This document shows positions 35,315 to 45,329 of a stretch of 64,000 bases of DNA, in pieces (position 1 is the stretch's first letter; every line of letters starts with the position of its first letter). The DNA lies in NCBI GenBank assembly GCA_964649225.1, contig CAZYPO010000003.1, positions 36,692 to 100,691 of the forward strand, in the 5' to 3' direction. This stretch comes from an uncultured Gemmatimonas sp. Lineage in GTDB: Bacteria; Gemmatimonadota; Gemmatimonadetes; Gemmatimonadales; GWC2-71-9. The notes beneath the pieces were generated by a model that was not told the origin of the DNA, did no database searches, and was given only the letters and a program-made list of their open reading frames with translations. Both the position numbers and the translations under genes were made by a program.

Positions 35315-38128
35315 ATGCCCCAACACGACCCGCCCCAGCTCTTCCTCGTCGATGGCCATGCCCTCATCTACCGGGCGTTCTTCGCGCTGATCACGAGGCC
35401 GTTGCGGACCAGCCGGGGTGAAAACACTTCGGCGGCCTGGGGCATCGTGAATTTCCTGCTTCGGTTGCAGACCCAGTACCGGCCCGACTACCTGGTCTGG
35501 GTGCTCGATGCCGGCGATTCCTTCCGCACCCAGCGCTATTCGGAATACAAATCCACTCGGGCCAAGCTGGGCGAGGAGCTGCAAGCCGACTTCGACCTCG
35601 CCCTGGAGCAGGTGGGTGCTTTGCTCGCGGCCTTCCGGGTGCCCGTCCTCGCGGTGCCGGGTTATGAGGCCGACGACGTGATCGCGACCCTGGCGCGCCG
35701 GGAGGCAGGTGCCGGGCTGCGGGTCGTGATTGTTTCGGGCGATAAGGATTTCCATCAGTTGGTCGGTCCCGGGATCGCCCTGCTGAATCCCGGGCGGGGC
35801 GGACCGGCCGGCGTCGAAGAGCACTGGGTGGACGAGACCAATGCCATCGAGCGGCTCGGCGTGCCGCCGCGGCAGGTGCCGGATTATCTCGCGCTCGTGG
35901 GCGACACATCGGACAATGTTCCGGGTGTGCGCGGCATCGGGGAGAAGGGGGCCGTGCAGCTGTTGCAACAGTACGGTGATCTGGAAACGCTTCTTGCCAG
36001 GGCCGCAGAGGTTCCCGGGAAACGGGCTCGTGAGGCGCTGCAGCAGTACCAAGCGGAGGCCCGGCTTTCGCTCGAGCTGGTCACCCTGAAAACCGATGTC
36101 CCGCTCTCGTTGGAGCTCGAGACGGCCGCCACGCATGAGCCGGATCGCGCCGCGCTCCTCAAGGAGCTCACGCGGCTGGAGTTCCACAGCCTCGCCAAAC
36201 GCCTCATGGAGGCCGCAGGACCCGGGGAGCCTCTGGTGCCGGAGACAGCGGCCGAGGTGGCGGCCCCGGCTCGAGCCGCCGCCAGCGCGCAGGCCCTACA
36301 GCCCTGTGTTCTTGCTGAAGTCGAGCGGCTTCCCGAGCTCATCACGACGCTGCGCGCCGCTCCTTTAGTAGCGCTCGATACCGAAACCAGTTCACTCGAG
36401 CCGCGGGACGCCGAGCTCATCGGGCTCTCGCTCGCCATCGCTCCGGATACCGCCTGGTATCTCCCCTTCGGACATCGCCCGCGGGGGGGTGAGTTGGCGG
36501 CTCCCGCCCCGGTCGTCAACCTGCCCCCGCTCAACGATCCTGCGTGCGCGGCCTTGGCGGACCTTCTGCGCGATCCCCGGGTGAAGAAGGCCGGGCACAA
36601 TATCAAGTACGACTGGCAAGTCTTGCGGCGCGCGGGGGTGGAGCTCGCGGGCGTGGGCTACGATTCCATGCTCGCGAGCTTCGTGCTCGATCCCGGGCGG
36701 CGCTCCCACGGCATCGACACCCTCTCCCTGGATCACCTCGGAGTGCCGCTGCCGAGTTACGCGGATTATGCGGGGAAGGGGAAGGCGCAGATTCCTTTCG
36801 CCGAGGTTGCCATTACCGAGGCAGCGGCCTATTGCGGCGCGGACAGCGCCACGGTGCTGGCCCTGCGGGAGGTGTTTGCTCCGCGGCTCGCGCAGACCGC
36901 GCTGCAACCGCTGCTCGACGACATCGAGATGCCGCTGGTGCAGGTTCTGGTCGACATGGAGTGGGCCGGGATCGCGATCGACCCGGGACTCTTCGCGAGG
37001 CTGTCGCGCGAGCTGGGCGCCGACCTCCGGCGGCTCGAGTCGGAGATCGCGCGCGTGGCCGGGGTGGCATTCAACGTCAACAGCCCGCGCCAGCTCGCCG
37101 CGGTCCTCTTCGAGAAGCTGCAGCTGCCGGTCCTCAAGAAAACCCGGACCGGTCCCTCGACCGATGCCGACGTGCTCGAGCAGCTCGCGGAGCTAGGGCA
37201 CGCAGTGCCGAAGCTGCTGCTCGAGTATCGCGAGCTGGAGAAGCTCCGCTCGACTTACGTCGACATTCTCCCGGCCAAGGTCCACTCGGTGACCGGCCGC
37301 ATCCATACCAGCTTTAATCAGGTGGGTGCGGCCACGGGACGTCTTTCCTCCTCCGAGCCCAACCTGCAGAACATTCCGGTCCGCACCCCGCGCGGGGAAG
37401 AGATTCGCCGCGGCTTCGTGCCAGCCCCAGGATGGAAGTTCATCGTGGCGGATTATTCCCAGATCGAGCTGCGCCTGATGGCGCACTTGTCGGAAGACCC
37501 GGCCTTCATCGCGGCCTTCCAGGCGGGCGAGGACATCCATCGGCAGACCGCTTCGATCATCTTCGGCGTGGCGGTGACCGAGGTGACGGCGGACATGCGG
37601 GCGCGGGCCAAGACCATCAACTTCGCGACCATCTACGGGCAAGGCGCTTTTGCGCTCTCCCGCAAGCTCGCGATCAGCCAGGACGAAGCCAAGGCGTTCA
37701 TCGCCGAATACTTTCGGCGCTTCTCCGGCGTACGGTCGTTTCTCGATCGCCAGGTGGCGCTCGCCTGGGAGCGGGGCTACGTGGAAACCCTGTTCGGCCG
37801 CCGCCGGTACATCCCCGAAGTGCGCGACCGCAATTTCAATCTGCGGGCGTTCGGTGAGCGCCAGGCGCAGAACGCCCCGCTCCAGGGATCAGCCGCCGAT
37901 CTCATCAAGATCGCGATGGTGCGGCTGCATCGGGCGCTCTGCGAGGGGAAATTTGCCGCCCGGCTGCTCCTGCAGGTCCACGATGAATTGGTGCTGGAGG
38001 CGCCCGGCGAGGAAGTGGAGCGCGTCTCGGCGCTGGTCCGGACCCACATGGAGGGAGCCGCCCGGCTCAAGGTCCCGCTGGTGGTGGAGGTCGGGGTGGG
38101 GGACAACTGGCTGGATGCGAAAGGCTAG
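35315..38128 (+). CDS. polA: DNA polymerase I
   Basis: ORF 35315..38128. 5' nuclease N-terminus (LFLVDGHALIYRAFFAL), a 3'-5' exonuclease-like middle, and polymerase motifs ...DYSQIELRLMAH... and ...QVHDELVLE.... Confidence 0.97.
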   Translation: MPQHDPPQLFLVDGHALIYRAFFALITRPLRTSRGENTSAAWGIVNFLLRLQTQYRPDYLVWVLDAGDSFRTQRYSEYKSTRAKLGEELQADFDLALEQVGALLAAFRVPVLAVPGYEADDVIATLARREAGAGLRVVIVSGDKDFHQLVGPGIALLNPGRGGPAGVEEHWVDETNAIERLGVPPRQVPDYLALVGDTSDNVPGVRGIGEKGAVQLLQQYGDLETLLARAAEVPGKRAREALQQYQAEARLSLELVTLKTDVPLSLELETAATHEPDRAALLKELTRLEFHSLAKRLMEAAGPGEPLVPETAAEVAAPARAAASAQALQPCVLAEVERLPELITTLRAAPLVALDTETSSLEPRDAELIGLSLAIAPDTAWYLPFGHRPRGGELAAPAPVVNLPPLNDPACAALADLLRDPRVKKAGHNIKYDWQVLRRAGVELAGVGYDSMLASFVLDPGRRSHGIDTLSLDHLGVPLPSYADYAGKGKAQIPFAEVAITEAAAYCGADSATVLALREVFAPRLAQTALQPLLDDIEMPLVQVLVDMEWAGIAIDPGLFARLSRELGADLRRLESEIARVAGVAFNVNSPRQLAAVLFEKLQLPVLKKTRTGPSTDADVLEQLAELGHAVPKLLLEYRELEKLRSTYVDILPAKVHSVTGRIHTSFNQVGAATGRLSSSEPNLQNIPVRTPRGEEIRRGFVPAPGWKFIVADYSQIELRLMAHLSEDPAFIAAFQAGEDIHRQTASIIFGVAVTEVTADMRARAKTINFATIYGQGAFALSRKLAISQDEAKAFIAEYFRRFSGVRSFLDRQVALAWERGYVETLFGRRRYIPEVRDRNFNLRAFGERQAQNAPLQGSAADLIKIAMVRLHRALCEGKFAARLLLQVHDELVLEAPGEEVERVSALVRTHMEGAARLKVPLVVEVGVGDNWLDAKG

Positions 38129-40416
38129 GGAGCCAGAGGTTCTTTGGCTCCCTTCGTTCCCGGCCACCAATTCCAGCGTCCCGCCAGGTGCATGAAGGCC
38201 GGCACCAGAACCATCCGGATCACCGTTGCGTCCAGCAGCACGGCGATCGCCAACCCGAAGCCGAGGAACTGGACCATCAGGACCCGGGCAAACGCGAAGG
38301 CGCCGAAGACCACGATCATGATCAGCGCAGCCGACGTGATGACCGACGCGGTGGCACTGACGCCCTCCATCGTCGCTTCGGTGTTGCGTCCCGTACGGTC
38401 GAAGGCCTCTTTGATTCGCGAGAGCAGAAACACCTCGTAGTCCATGCTCAAGCCGAAGACGACCGCGAACACCAGAACGGGCACGGCCACAAAAATCGCC
38501 TCGGTGGCGCCATCGAGTCCGAATTCTCGCGCGCCCACACCGTGCTGGAAAACCAACACGATCAATCCGAAGGTGGCGCTCACCGACAGGGAGTTCATGA
38601 TCACGGCTTTGATCGGCACCAGCACCGAGCGGAACGCCACGGCCAGCATGATGCCGGTTACCCCCAGGACCAGCAGAATGATCATGGGAAAGCGCCCCAG
38701 GAGATCCGCCTGAAAATCCACCGCGCCAGCCACGTAGCCGCCGGTCGCCACCTTGGTGCCCGCGAGCTGGCGAATGCCCTTGCCGGCCGCTACCCGCCGC
38801 ACATGGGCGACGAGCTCCATCTCGGTCGTCAAGGAAGTCGAATCCCGGGCGATGACGTCCAGCAGCGCCAACTGCTGGTCCTGACTCAGGTACGCGTCGA
38901 TCGCATCCTTGTGCTTGACACGCGCAGCGTCGAGGTCGGAATAGAGCAGCGAATACCCCAGCAACGATTGGCCGCGCTCGAGATCCACCAGGCTCCGAAC
39001 ATCCCGCACCCGTGGATCGGCGCGCAGCGAATCCGAGAGCCGCCGCAGCGCCCGGAGTGAGGTGAGCTGGGTCGCCGACTGTCCGGCCGGAAACTCGACC
39101 ACCACCCGGATCGGAAAGAGGTAACCCGCTACCCCGATCTTGGTGAGCTCTTCCACGCCTTCCCCGGCCTCGGTGTGCGACGGCCACCAATGTCGGGCCG
39201 GCAGCCCGATGCGGATCCAGAGCAGGGGCGCGGTGAGGATTGCCACGGCGACGCCGCCCAGCGCCAGTGCCCGCTTGGGGCTGCGCGACAGCGTCCGCGC
39301 CCATTTTTCCCATCCCCGCGGGGAGTGATACCAGGTGAGCCGCCGCGCCAGCCAACGCGGCCGGTCGATCTCACGGCCGATGAGCGCCAACAGGGCGGGG
39401 AGCAGCGTCGTGGAAAGCAGCACCGCGACGGCCACGACGACGAGTCCCGCGAGTCCGACGCTCTTCGTCTCGACCAGTGGTGTCAGCACCAGCGCGCCAA
39501 AGCCGACTACGACGGTCAACCCGGAGGTGAGTACCGCCCGCCCGGCTGTGCGGATGGTGCGTGCCGCGGCCTCGCGCCGTCGGTGCCCGCGAGTCAGCTC
39601 CTCGCGGAAGCGGGTCACCATCAGGAGCGAATAGTCGATCCCGACGCCAAGCCCGATCATCGTGGTCAAGTTGAGCACGAACACCGACATCGGGGTGTAA
39701 CGCGCCAGTACGCCGATGAGAGTAAGGGAGAGGGTGACCGTAATGACCCCCACCAGCAGTGGGAGCAACGCGGCGACCAGTGCGCCGAAGGCGAGGATCA
39801 GGATCACCAGGGTCAGCGGAATCAGCCGGGCCTCCAGCCGACGGCTGTCGTCGGTGCTGACTACCCGGACATCGAGATCCAGGGGAGAACGGCCGGTTAC
39901 CCAGGCTCGATAATCGTCGCGATGGGGTACCCGCCCGATCGCCCGGCCCAAGGCGCCCCGGAATCGCATCACCAGCTTTCCGAGGCTGTCGCCGGCCGGA
40001 GCATCGACCGAAACCAGCAGGAAGGTCTTGCGACCGTCCGCGCTCAGGAACAGGGAGTCCTTCGTGCCGGGGTAAGAGAGCAACGCCCGGACATAGGGCT
40101 CGTTGCGAAGATCTGCCGTGATGGAATCGAGGGCCGCACGGGGCAGCCCGGCGGTGAAGGGCTGGGTGCTTTCGAGAGCCACCGCGAAAAACTCACTGAA
40201 TGGCCGCGCGAACCTGCTACTGAGCAGTCGGTCGGCTAGCGCCGCCTCGGTTTCCCGATCCGCCCCTCCGCGCACGTTGAGAAGTTCGGGAGTGTGCTTG
40301 GCTCGAACGATCCCCGCCGTGCCCACTACGGCCCAAAGCGCGACCACGAGCCAGCGGAACCGGACGACCAGCGCGGCGGCCTGTTCCGAGATCCCGGGGA
40401 GAGGGTCGCCCCTCAT
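38125..40416 (-). CDS. MMPL/RND-superfamily membrane transporter
   Basis: ORF 38125..40416. Two 6-TM bundles with large loops and MMPL-type sequence (...GVGIDYSLLMVTRFREEL..., ...GLSMDYEVFLLSRIKEAF...). Convergent 4-nt overlap with the polA stop. Confidence 0.88.
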   Translation of the reverse strand: MRGDPLPGISEQAAALVVRFRWLVVALWAVVGTAGIVRAKHTPELLNVRGGADRETEAALADRLLSSRFARPFSEFFAVALESTQPFTAGLPRAALDSITADLRNEPYVRALLSYPGTKDSLFLSADGRKTFLLVSVDAPAGDSLGKLVMRFRGALGRAIGRVPHRDDYRAWVTGRSPLDLDVRVVSTDDSRRLEARLIPLTLVILILAFGALVAALLPLLVGVITVTLSLTLIGVLARYTPMSVFVLNLTTMIGLGVGIDYSLLMVTRFREELTRGHRRREAAARTIRTAGRAVLTSGLTVVVGFGALVLTPLVETKSVGLAGLVVVAVAVLLSTTLLPALLALIGREIDRPRWLARRLTWYHSPRGWEKWARTLSRSPKRALALGGVAVAILTAPLLWIRIGLPARHWWPSHTEAGEGVEELTKIGVAGYLFPIRVVVEFPAGQSATQLTSLRALRRLSDSLRADPRVRDVRSLVDLERGQSLLGYSLLYSDLDAARVKHKDAIDAYLSQDQQLALLDVIARDSTSLTTEMELVAHVRRVAAGKGIRQLAGTKVATGGYVAGAVDFQADLLGRFPMIILLVLGVTGIMLAVAFRSVLVPIKAVIMNSLSVSATFGLIVLVFQHGVGAREFGLDGATEAIFVAVPVLVFAVVFGLSMDYEVFLLSRIKEAFDRTGRNTEATMEGVSATASVITSAALIMIVVFGAFAFARVLMVQFLGFGLAIAVLLDATVIRMVLVPAFMHLAGRWNWWPGTKGAKEPLAP

Positions 40417-40553
40417 GGGCGCGGGTCAATCCCATGCTGGAAGAACGCAAGACTCTGCAAGCCCGAATGTTAGGCCTCCCTCCTGTCACGCGCCAGTAAT
40501 AGAGCAGGGTGGCGACGACAGGTTGGACCCCGGCATATTTGGGTTCGGTATCC

Positions 40554-41330
40554 ATGACACGATTTCTGCTGGGCGGGCTGGTGGTCCTGCTGGGACTGAT
40601 CGCAATCGGACGGCTCCGTCGAGCTGATTCGGTGCCCGCCATTGTAGTGGCCCCCCAGTCCGGCGGACCGCCGGCAAGGGGTGCCCCAGCGCAACTGCCC
40701 GCTGTGGAGACCGCCGCGCCCGCCGCATCTCGAACCCCTGCGATCGATTTGCTCGCGCGGCTCGAGAGCAGACGCCTGGTGGCTCAGGCAGCTTCCTACA
40801 CCTATTTCGATTCGCTGTTGGTCGATACGGATTCGGTGCTGCGACGCTGGACCGATGAGCGACCCTTGCTGGTGGCGATTCGGCCTGATCCTGGGCAGCC
40901 CGATCCCCCCCAATTGCGTGAGTTGGTTCGGCGGGCCCTCAGCGTCTGGGAAGAAACTCGTCTCGGTGTTCGGTTCATTCTGACCAGTGATACCGCAGAC
41001 GCCCAACTCATCGTGCAGCCCATTGAACGCCTCAAGGGTGGCCGGGCGGGTCAGACCAATCTCAGCTGGAGCGAGCAGGGCGCCATCCGAAGCGCCGCCA
41101 TCATGCTGGCCCGCAGGGACAGCACAGGTAGACTGATTCCGGCGCCGGTTGCGCTGGCCATCGCCGTTCACGAGTTTGGCCACGCACTCGGTTTGCCCCA
41201 CTCCGCTAACCCTGCGGATGTGATGTTTCCCGTAAGCGGCAACAGCCGACTCAGCCCGAGAGATCGGACAACCGTTGAGTTGTTGTATCGACTACCACTA
41301 GGTCCACTGCGCGAGCCTGGCCACCGTTGA
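40554..41330 (+). CDS. Matrixin-like zinc metalloprotease (M10 family), membrane-anchored
   Basis: ORF 40509..41330 trimmed to ATG 40554 (MTRFLLGGLVVLLGLIAIG). Zinc motif AVHEFGHALGLPHS. Confidence 0.8.
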   Translation: MTRFLLGGLVVLLGLIAIGRLRRADSVPAIVVAPQSGGPPARGAPAQLPAVETAAPAASRTPAIDLLARLESRRLVAQAASYTYFDSLLVDTDSVLRRWTDERPLLVAIRPDPGQPDPPQLRELVRRALSVWEETRLGVRFILTSDTADAQLIVQPIERLKGGRAGQTNLSWSEQGAIRSAAIMLARRDSTGRLIPAPVALAIAVHEFGHALGLPHSANPADVMFPVSGNSRLSPRDRTTVELLYRLPLGPLREPGHR

Positions 41331-41383
41331 CCCCTTTGCCTGCCCTCACCATTGTTCCGGCAGCGCTTATTGAGTGAGGATCG

Positions 41384-41689
41384 ATGCCGAACGACCTGAC
41401 GCCGGAGACGATTCGCAAAGCATTACGAGCGGTCAAGGACCCCGAGCTGGGCCTCAACATCGTGGATATCGGGCTGATCTATGACACCGCGGTCAACGAG
41501 GCAGGGGAGGTACGCGTCACCATGACGCTCACCTCGCCCGGTTGTCCGTCGGGTGCGGAGATCATGCAGGACGCCCGCACGGTCCTGGGGGACCTTGAGG
41601 GCGTCCGAAACGTGGAGATCGATCTGGTCTGGGAGCCCTACTGGACCCCCGAGCGGATGGACCCGCGCGTGCGAGCCTTCCTGGGATAA
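41384..41689 (+). CDS. DUF59 / SufT-like metal-sulfur cluster assembly factor
   Basis: ORF 41384..41689. Contains ...AVKDPELGLNIVDIGLIYD...VTMTLTSPGCPSG..., typical of DUF59. Confidence 0.85.
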   Translation: MPNDLTPETIRKALRAVKDPELGLNIVDIGLIYDTAVNEAGEVRVTMTLTSPGCPSGAEIMQDARTVLGDLEGVRNVEIDLVWEPYWTPERMDPRVRAFLG

Positions 41690-41693
41690 GCGA

Positions 41694-42983
41694 TTACCGC
41701 TCGATCAAGTCCTTCAAGAGAGTTTTGACCCGCTCGTCTTCCATGCGTCCCATCCGGTTGATCAACGATCGGCGTACCGACGGATCCGTTTCCGTGCGCG
41801 CAATGCGCAGCAGGATGTCGATCGCCGCGCGATCGCCGTTCTTGAACATGGCGTTGATCGTGGATTCTTTTGCGCGGCGGTCCGGAGCCTGATCGTACAG
41901 TTTGCCCAGCTGCGAAGTCGAGGCGCCGGCCCGCTGGGCCGATTCCACGGCTTGCGCTCTGAGCTCGGGGGTCTCGTTGCGGTCGCCCGCAATACCGAGC
42001 AGCCATTGCAAGTTTGGGTTGCCGCCCTGCTCCCCGACCACCGAGAGCACCGCCTGTTTCGCGTTGGCGGAGCCCAGGCCGGCGTAGCGCGAGCGGAGTA
42101 GCTCTAGGTCCCGCGCGGTGGCGTAGTCCCGTCCCAGCCCGCGGATCACCGAGGTGCGCAACTGTTCCGGCAGCGCGGGATCCTGAAAGGCGCTGCGCAG
42201 GTAGTCGCGGGCTCGGGGGTCTCCGGAGTTGGCGAGCGCCTGAATGGCCGCCTGCCTGAGCCAACTGTCGTTGCCATTGGCCATTCGCGTCAGGGCGGAC
42301 AGATCGGCCCGCTCCGAGCGCGCCAGCACCGAAACCGCCTGCTGGCGAATCGGCAGGGTTTCCTCGGTATCGCTAGCTAGCGCGATGAGCGCGGCCGACG
42401 CTTTTCGGGCGTCCTCGCCGCTCATCCGATCCAGCTCCCGGCCCAGCCATCCCATCGCGCTCTGGCGTACCGAGCGAGACAGCTCGCCGTTGCGGGAGAG
42501 CGCCAGCAGTCCCGGCCACACCGTCGCGCTGTCGGCGAGCACCGCGGGGAGAATCGCTCCACGGCCTGGGCGTCCGTCGGCCCGGGCGGCGAGGTCGAGC
42601 AGGTACTCGGCCGCGGCGCTCGCCGCCACGGAGCCGAGGTCGGTCATGCCCTCCGGCACTGATTCCGGAGCGATCTCGACGTCGATGCCGACGACTTGGC
42701 CGCCGGCCCGCGTCACCCGCACGACCACCGGGCCGCGGCGACACTGCATCCGCTCCAGTCCGTCGAGCCCATTCACATTGCCGGTCGAGATATAGGTCGA
42801 GCGACCGATCGAGATCGAATTGCCTACGCCGCACACGTCGGCGCGGGCTGCGTAACGGAACTGCACCCTGGCATCCCCGGTGCCCTCGATCCTCGACCGT
42901 AACCCGCTCTGTCCCGTCAGGGATGCCACCCCGACCCCCAGCGCGGCGACGGCCATCCCGAGGCCCCACGCCCGGGCGCTCAT
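41694..42983 (-). CDS. Secreted HEAT-repeat protein (second of pair)
   Basis: ORF 41694..42983. Signal-like N-terminus, a ~110-aa unique domain, then repeated ...DP.VR..A...L... HEAT-like units. ATGA overlap with the upstream HEAT gene. Confidence 0.75.
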   Translation of the reverse strand: MSARAWGLGMAVAALGVGVASLTGQSGLRSRIEGTGDARVQFRYAARADVCGVGNSISIGRSTYISTGNVNGLDGLERMQCRRGPVVVRVTRAGGQVVGIDVEIAPESVPEGMTDLGSVAASAAAEYLLDLAARADGRPGRGAILPAVLADSATVWPGLLALSRNGELSRSVRQSAMGWLGRELDRMSGEDARKASAALIALASDTEETLPIRQQAVSVLARSERADLSALTRMANGNDSWLRQAAIQALANSGDPRARDYLRSAFQDPALPEQLRTSVIRGLGRDYATARDLELLRSRYAGLGSANAKQAVLSVVGEQGGNPNLQWLLGIAGDRNETPELRAQAVESAQRAGASTSQLGKLYDQAPDRRAKESTINAMFKNGDRAAIDILLRIARTETDPSVRRSLINRMGRMEDERVKTLLKDLIER

Positions 42984-44647
42984 GGCTTCTCCACCAGGTC
43001 CAGCAGGAGCTTCATGGTGCGGGGATCGTTCTTCCGTACCAGAGCCGCGATGGCCTGGCGACGCACCTGCGGGTCGGTACCCGACTTCGCGATCTCGATC
43101 AGCTTGTCGACCGCGGCGGGATCTTCACGGCTGGCAAGCTGGTTGACCACGGCGTAACGGAGCTCCCGTTCGGGTAGGGCATCGAACAGCTTGCCCAGCT
43201 CATCGATCGACAAGGTGCTCGTCTTGATCCGGGAGAGCGCCTCTCGCCGCAGGCCGGTGTCTTCCTCGCGATTCTTTGCGATGCCGAGCAGCCACTGGTC
43301 GTTGGCGGGTCCGCCGATCCGGGACACCGCTGAGAGGATGGCGCTCTTGATCGGACGGGAATCGGTCTTTCCATAAAGGCCACGGAGAAAGGCCGCGTCT
43401 GCCTCGTCGCCAGCGGACCGAGAGGCCACCCGCTGTCCAGAAACGGTAAGGAGCTTTTCGTCACTGGTTGAGCTCGCGGCCAGCTGCATGATCGCTTCGG
43501 CGCGAGTCCGCTCCGGCAGGTCGCCCTTCTCGATGATCGCGCGGAGGGCGCGCTTGGCTTCGGGCCCGCCCTTGGAGCGGAGGGCCGAAAGGGCGGCCTC
43601 GCGGGTGCGTGGATCGGTGCTCTCATTGAAGAGCTGCTCCAAAACCTTGACCGTCGTGACACCGGGGGAGCGGGCGATGAGCATGATGGCGTCGCTCCGG
43701 ACTCCAGGGTCGGGATCGTTCTTCGCCACCTCGATCAGATCCGCGCTGCCCTCATCCGTTCCGTTCCGGCCGAGGATGTAGACCGCGCGGCGCCGCAGGG
43801 TGGCGGAGCATTCGTCACGCCGCGCGAGGACGCGCTTCAGGGTGGGCCGGGCTTCGGTCGTATTCAGTTGCGCCAGGGCGTTGAGTGCCTCGGCGCGCAC
43901 TTCCATCTCTTCCCGGTCGCAGCTTACGCCCGCGGCGTTGGCGGCGCGGAGCATGCTCGCGGCCTGGGCGTCGCCACGGGCGGCGAGCGCCGCATAGAGC
44001 CGGGTCCGCAGCATGGCCGCGTCGGGATCCTCCACCGCCTCAGGATAGCGGTCCTGCTGCATCTTGAGAGCCGCCAGCGCGGTGCGCAGCTCCTCCGAAG
44101 CGCCGGATCGGTAGAGCGAGAAGGCTCTCCAGTACATTGCCGCCGGAGCCACGCGCGAGCGGGGATACCGCTGCTCGAACGATTGGAAGAGCGCCGAAGC
44201 CCGGGCATACTCCCCGCGATTGAGGGCTTCGCGGCCCGCGCGGAAGAGGGAATCCTCAGGGCTGCTCTGTTCAGGACGCCGGCGGCTCAGCATCCCGCTG
44301 GGGGTTTCGTCACTCCAGCCGAACAAACCCTCGTGGGGCGGGAGCGTCGCAAGCAGCGCCTGAGGGGGAACCGGGACCTCGAGCTCGGCCAGCAGCGGGA
44401 AAAAGGGCTCATGCGAAAATTCCAGCCCGAATTCATGGAACTGCATGCTGGGCACCGCCAATTCAAACTGCATGTGGTCGAGCTGCTCGAATTGATCCAT
44501 GAGCGCCATCGGCGCGTTCGGCGGCAAGGGTGTACCGGGAGGCCTTCGTACCGGGGGCGTGAGCCGGGGCGGCACCGGAGAGGGAGTCTGGGCGGCAGCC
44601 GAACCAGCCGCCACACCGAGCATCACCAGGAGCAGAGAAGTATGCAT
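42980..44647 (-). CDS. Secreted TPR/HEAT-repeat protein (first of pair)
   Basis: ORF 42980..44647. Signal peptide MHTSLLLVMLGVAAGSAAAQ, Pro-rich linker, a TPR-like segment (...YARASALFQSFEQRYPRSRVAPAAMYWRAFSLY...), then multiple HEAT-like repeats (...DPDPGVRSDAI..., ...GTDPQVRRQAIAAL...). Confidence 0.75.
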   Translation of the reverse strand: MHTSLLLVMLGVAAGSAAAQTPSPVPPRLTPPVRRPPGTPLPPNAPMALMDQFEQLDHMQFELAVPSMQFHEFGLEFSHEPFFPLLAELEVPVPPQALLATLPPHEGLFGWSDETPSGMLSRRRPEQSSPEDSLFRAGREALNRGEYARASALFQSFEQRYPRSRVAPAAMYWRAFSLYRSGASEELRTALAALKMQQDRYPEAVEDPDAAMLRTRLYAALAARGDAQAASMLRAANAAGVSCDREEMEVRAEALNALAQLNTTEARPTLKRVLARRDECSATLRRRAVYILGRNGTDEGSADLIEVAKNDPDPGVRSDAIMLIARSPGVTTVKVLEQLFNESTDPRTREAALSALRSKGGPEAKRALRAIIEKGDLPERTRAEAIMQLAASSTSDEKLLTVSGQRVASRSAGDEADAAFLRGLYGKTDSRPIKSAILSAVSRIGGPANDQWLLGIAKNREEDTGLRREALSRIKTSTLSIDELGKLFDALPERELRYAVVNQLASREDPAAVDKLIEIAKSGTDPQVRRQAIAALVRKNDPRTMKLLLDLVEKP

Positions 44648-44664
44648 AGCGAGCGCTCCGCCGC

Positions 44665-45315
44665 TTACGGCTGAGAAGGAGAATTCTCCGCGAGCATTTC
44701 GCGGAGACGCGGGAGCACTTCCCGCTGATCGAGAGCCTGATCAATGAGGTACACCTCCGGGGCCGCCGCTCGACGGGGCAGCCGGACGATCTGCGCCAGC
44801 ACCAGCTCGAGATCATTGAGCAAGGCCTGCAGATGCGGGTCGCTCGCTTGGGGAGAATCGAGCAGCAAGCGTGTGGTGGCGAGGAGGTCGCGCGCCGGTG
44901 CCGTCGAATACTCGGTCGGCTGACCCCCGCGGCGATTGGCGTCCGCAAGCGTGACCAGCAGCGCGGTAACTCGTTCGAGATAGTCGGTGGCAACGCCCAC
45001 GAACGGTGCCGCCTCGCTGGCGGCCCGCACCGGCGTCTCACCGCTGCCGGTGGAGCGGTTCGGCGCCACCTCCAGCGATATCGCCGAGGACTTCCTCAAG
45101 AGCGCGGGGCTCACTTGTCCCAGGCCAAAGCCGAGCACGAGCATCGCCGCCAATGGGAGCAACGTGCGGATCCAGCGCGAGGGAATGCGGCGGACGTTCG
45201 CAGCGAAGACTTTCGCGTCCACCGCCTGCCAGATCTCATCGAGGGGAGGATCCTGCGGAATCCGCCAGGTTTCCTTGAGCTGAGCTAGCCGGCGTTCCAG
45301 TTCCTTGTCGTCCAT
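44665..45315 (-). CDS. Putative anti-sigma factor (single-pass membrane protein)
   Basis: ORF 44665..45315. One predicted TM helix (RTLLPLAAMLVLGFGLGQV). Called on position, immediately downstream of the ECF sigma gene. No zinc-binding HxxxCxxC motif seen. Confidence 0.55.
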   Translation of the reverse strand: MDDKELERRLAQLKETWRIPQDPPLDEIWQAVDAKVFAANVRRIPSRWIRTLLPLAAMLVLGFGLGQVSPALLRKSSAISLEVAPNRSTGSGETPVRAASEAAPFVGVATDYLERVTALLVTLADANRRGGQPTEYSTAPARDLLATTRLLLDSPQASDPHLQALLNDLELVLAQIVRLPRRAAAPEVYLIDQALDQREVLPRLREMLAENSPSQP

Positions 45316-45329
45316 GTTCGAATCCCTTC

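Noticed and set aside
38131-38156. Hairpin GGGAGCC-N11-GGCTCCC just after the polA stop, as a terminator
   Set aside because: It lies within the 3' coding end of the convergent MMPL gene and lacks a T-tract. It may act as a bidirectional terminator, but the evidence is weak.
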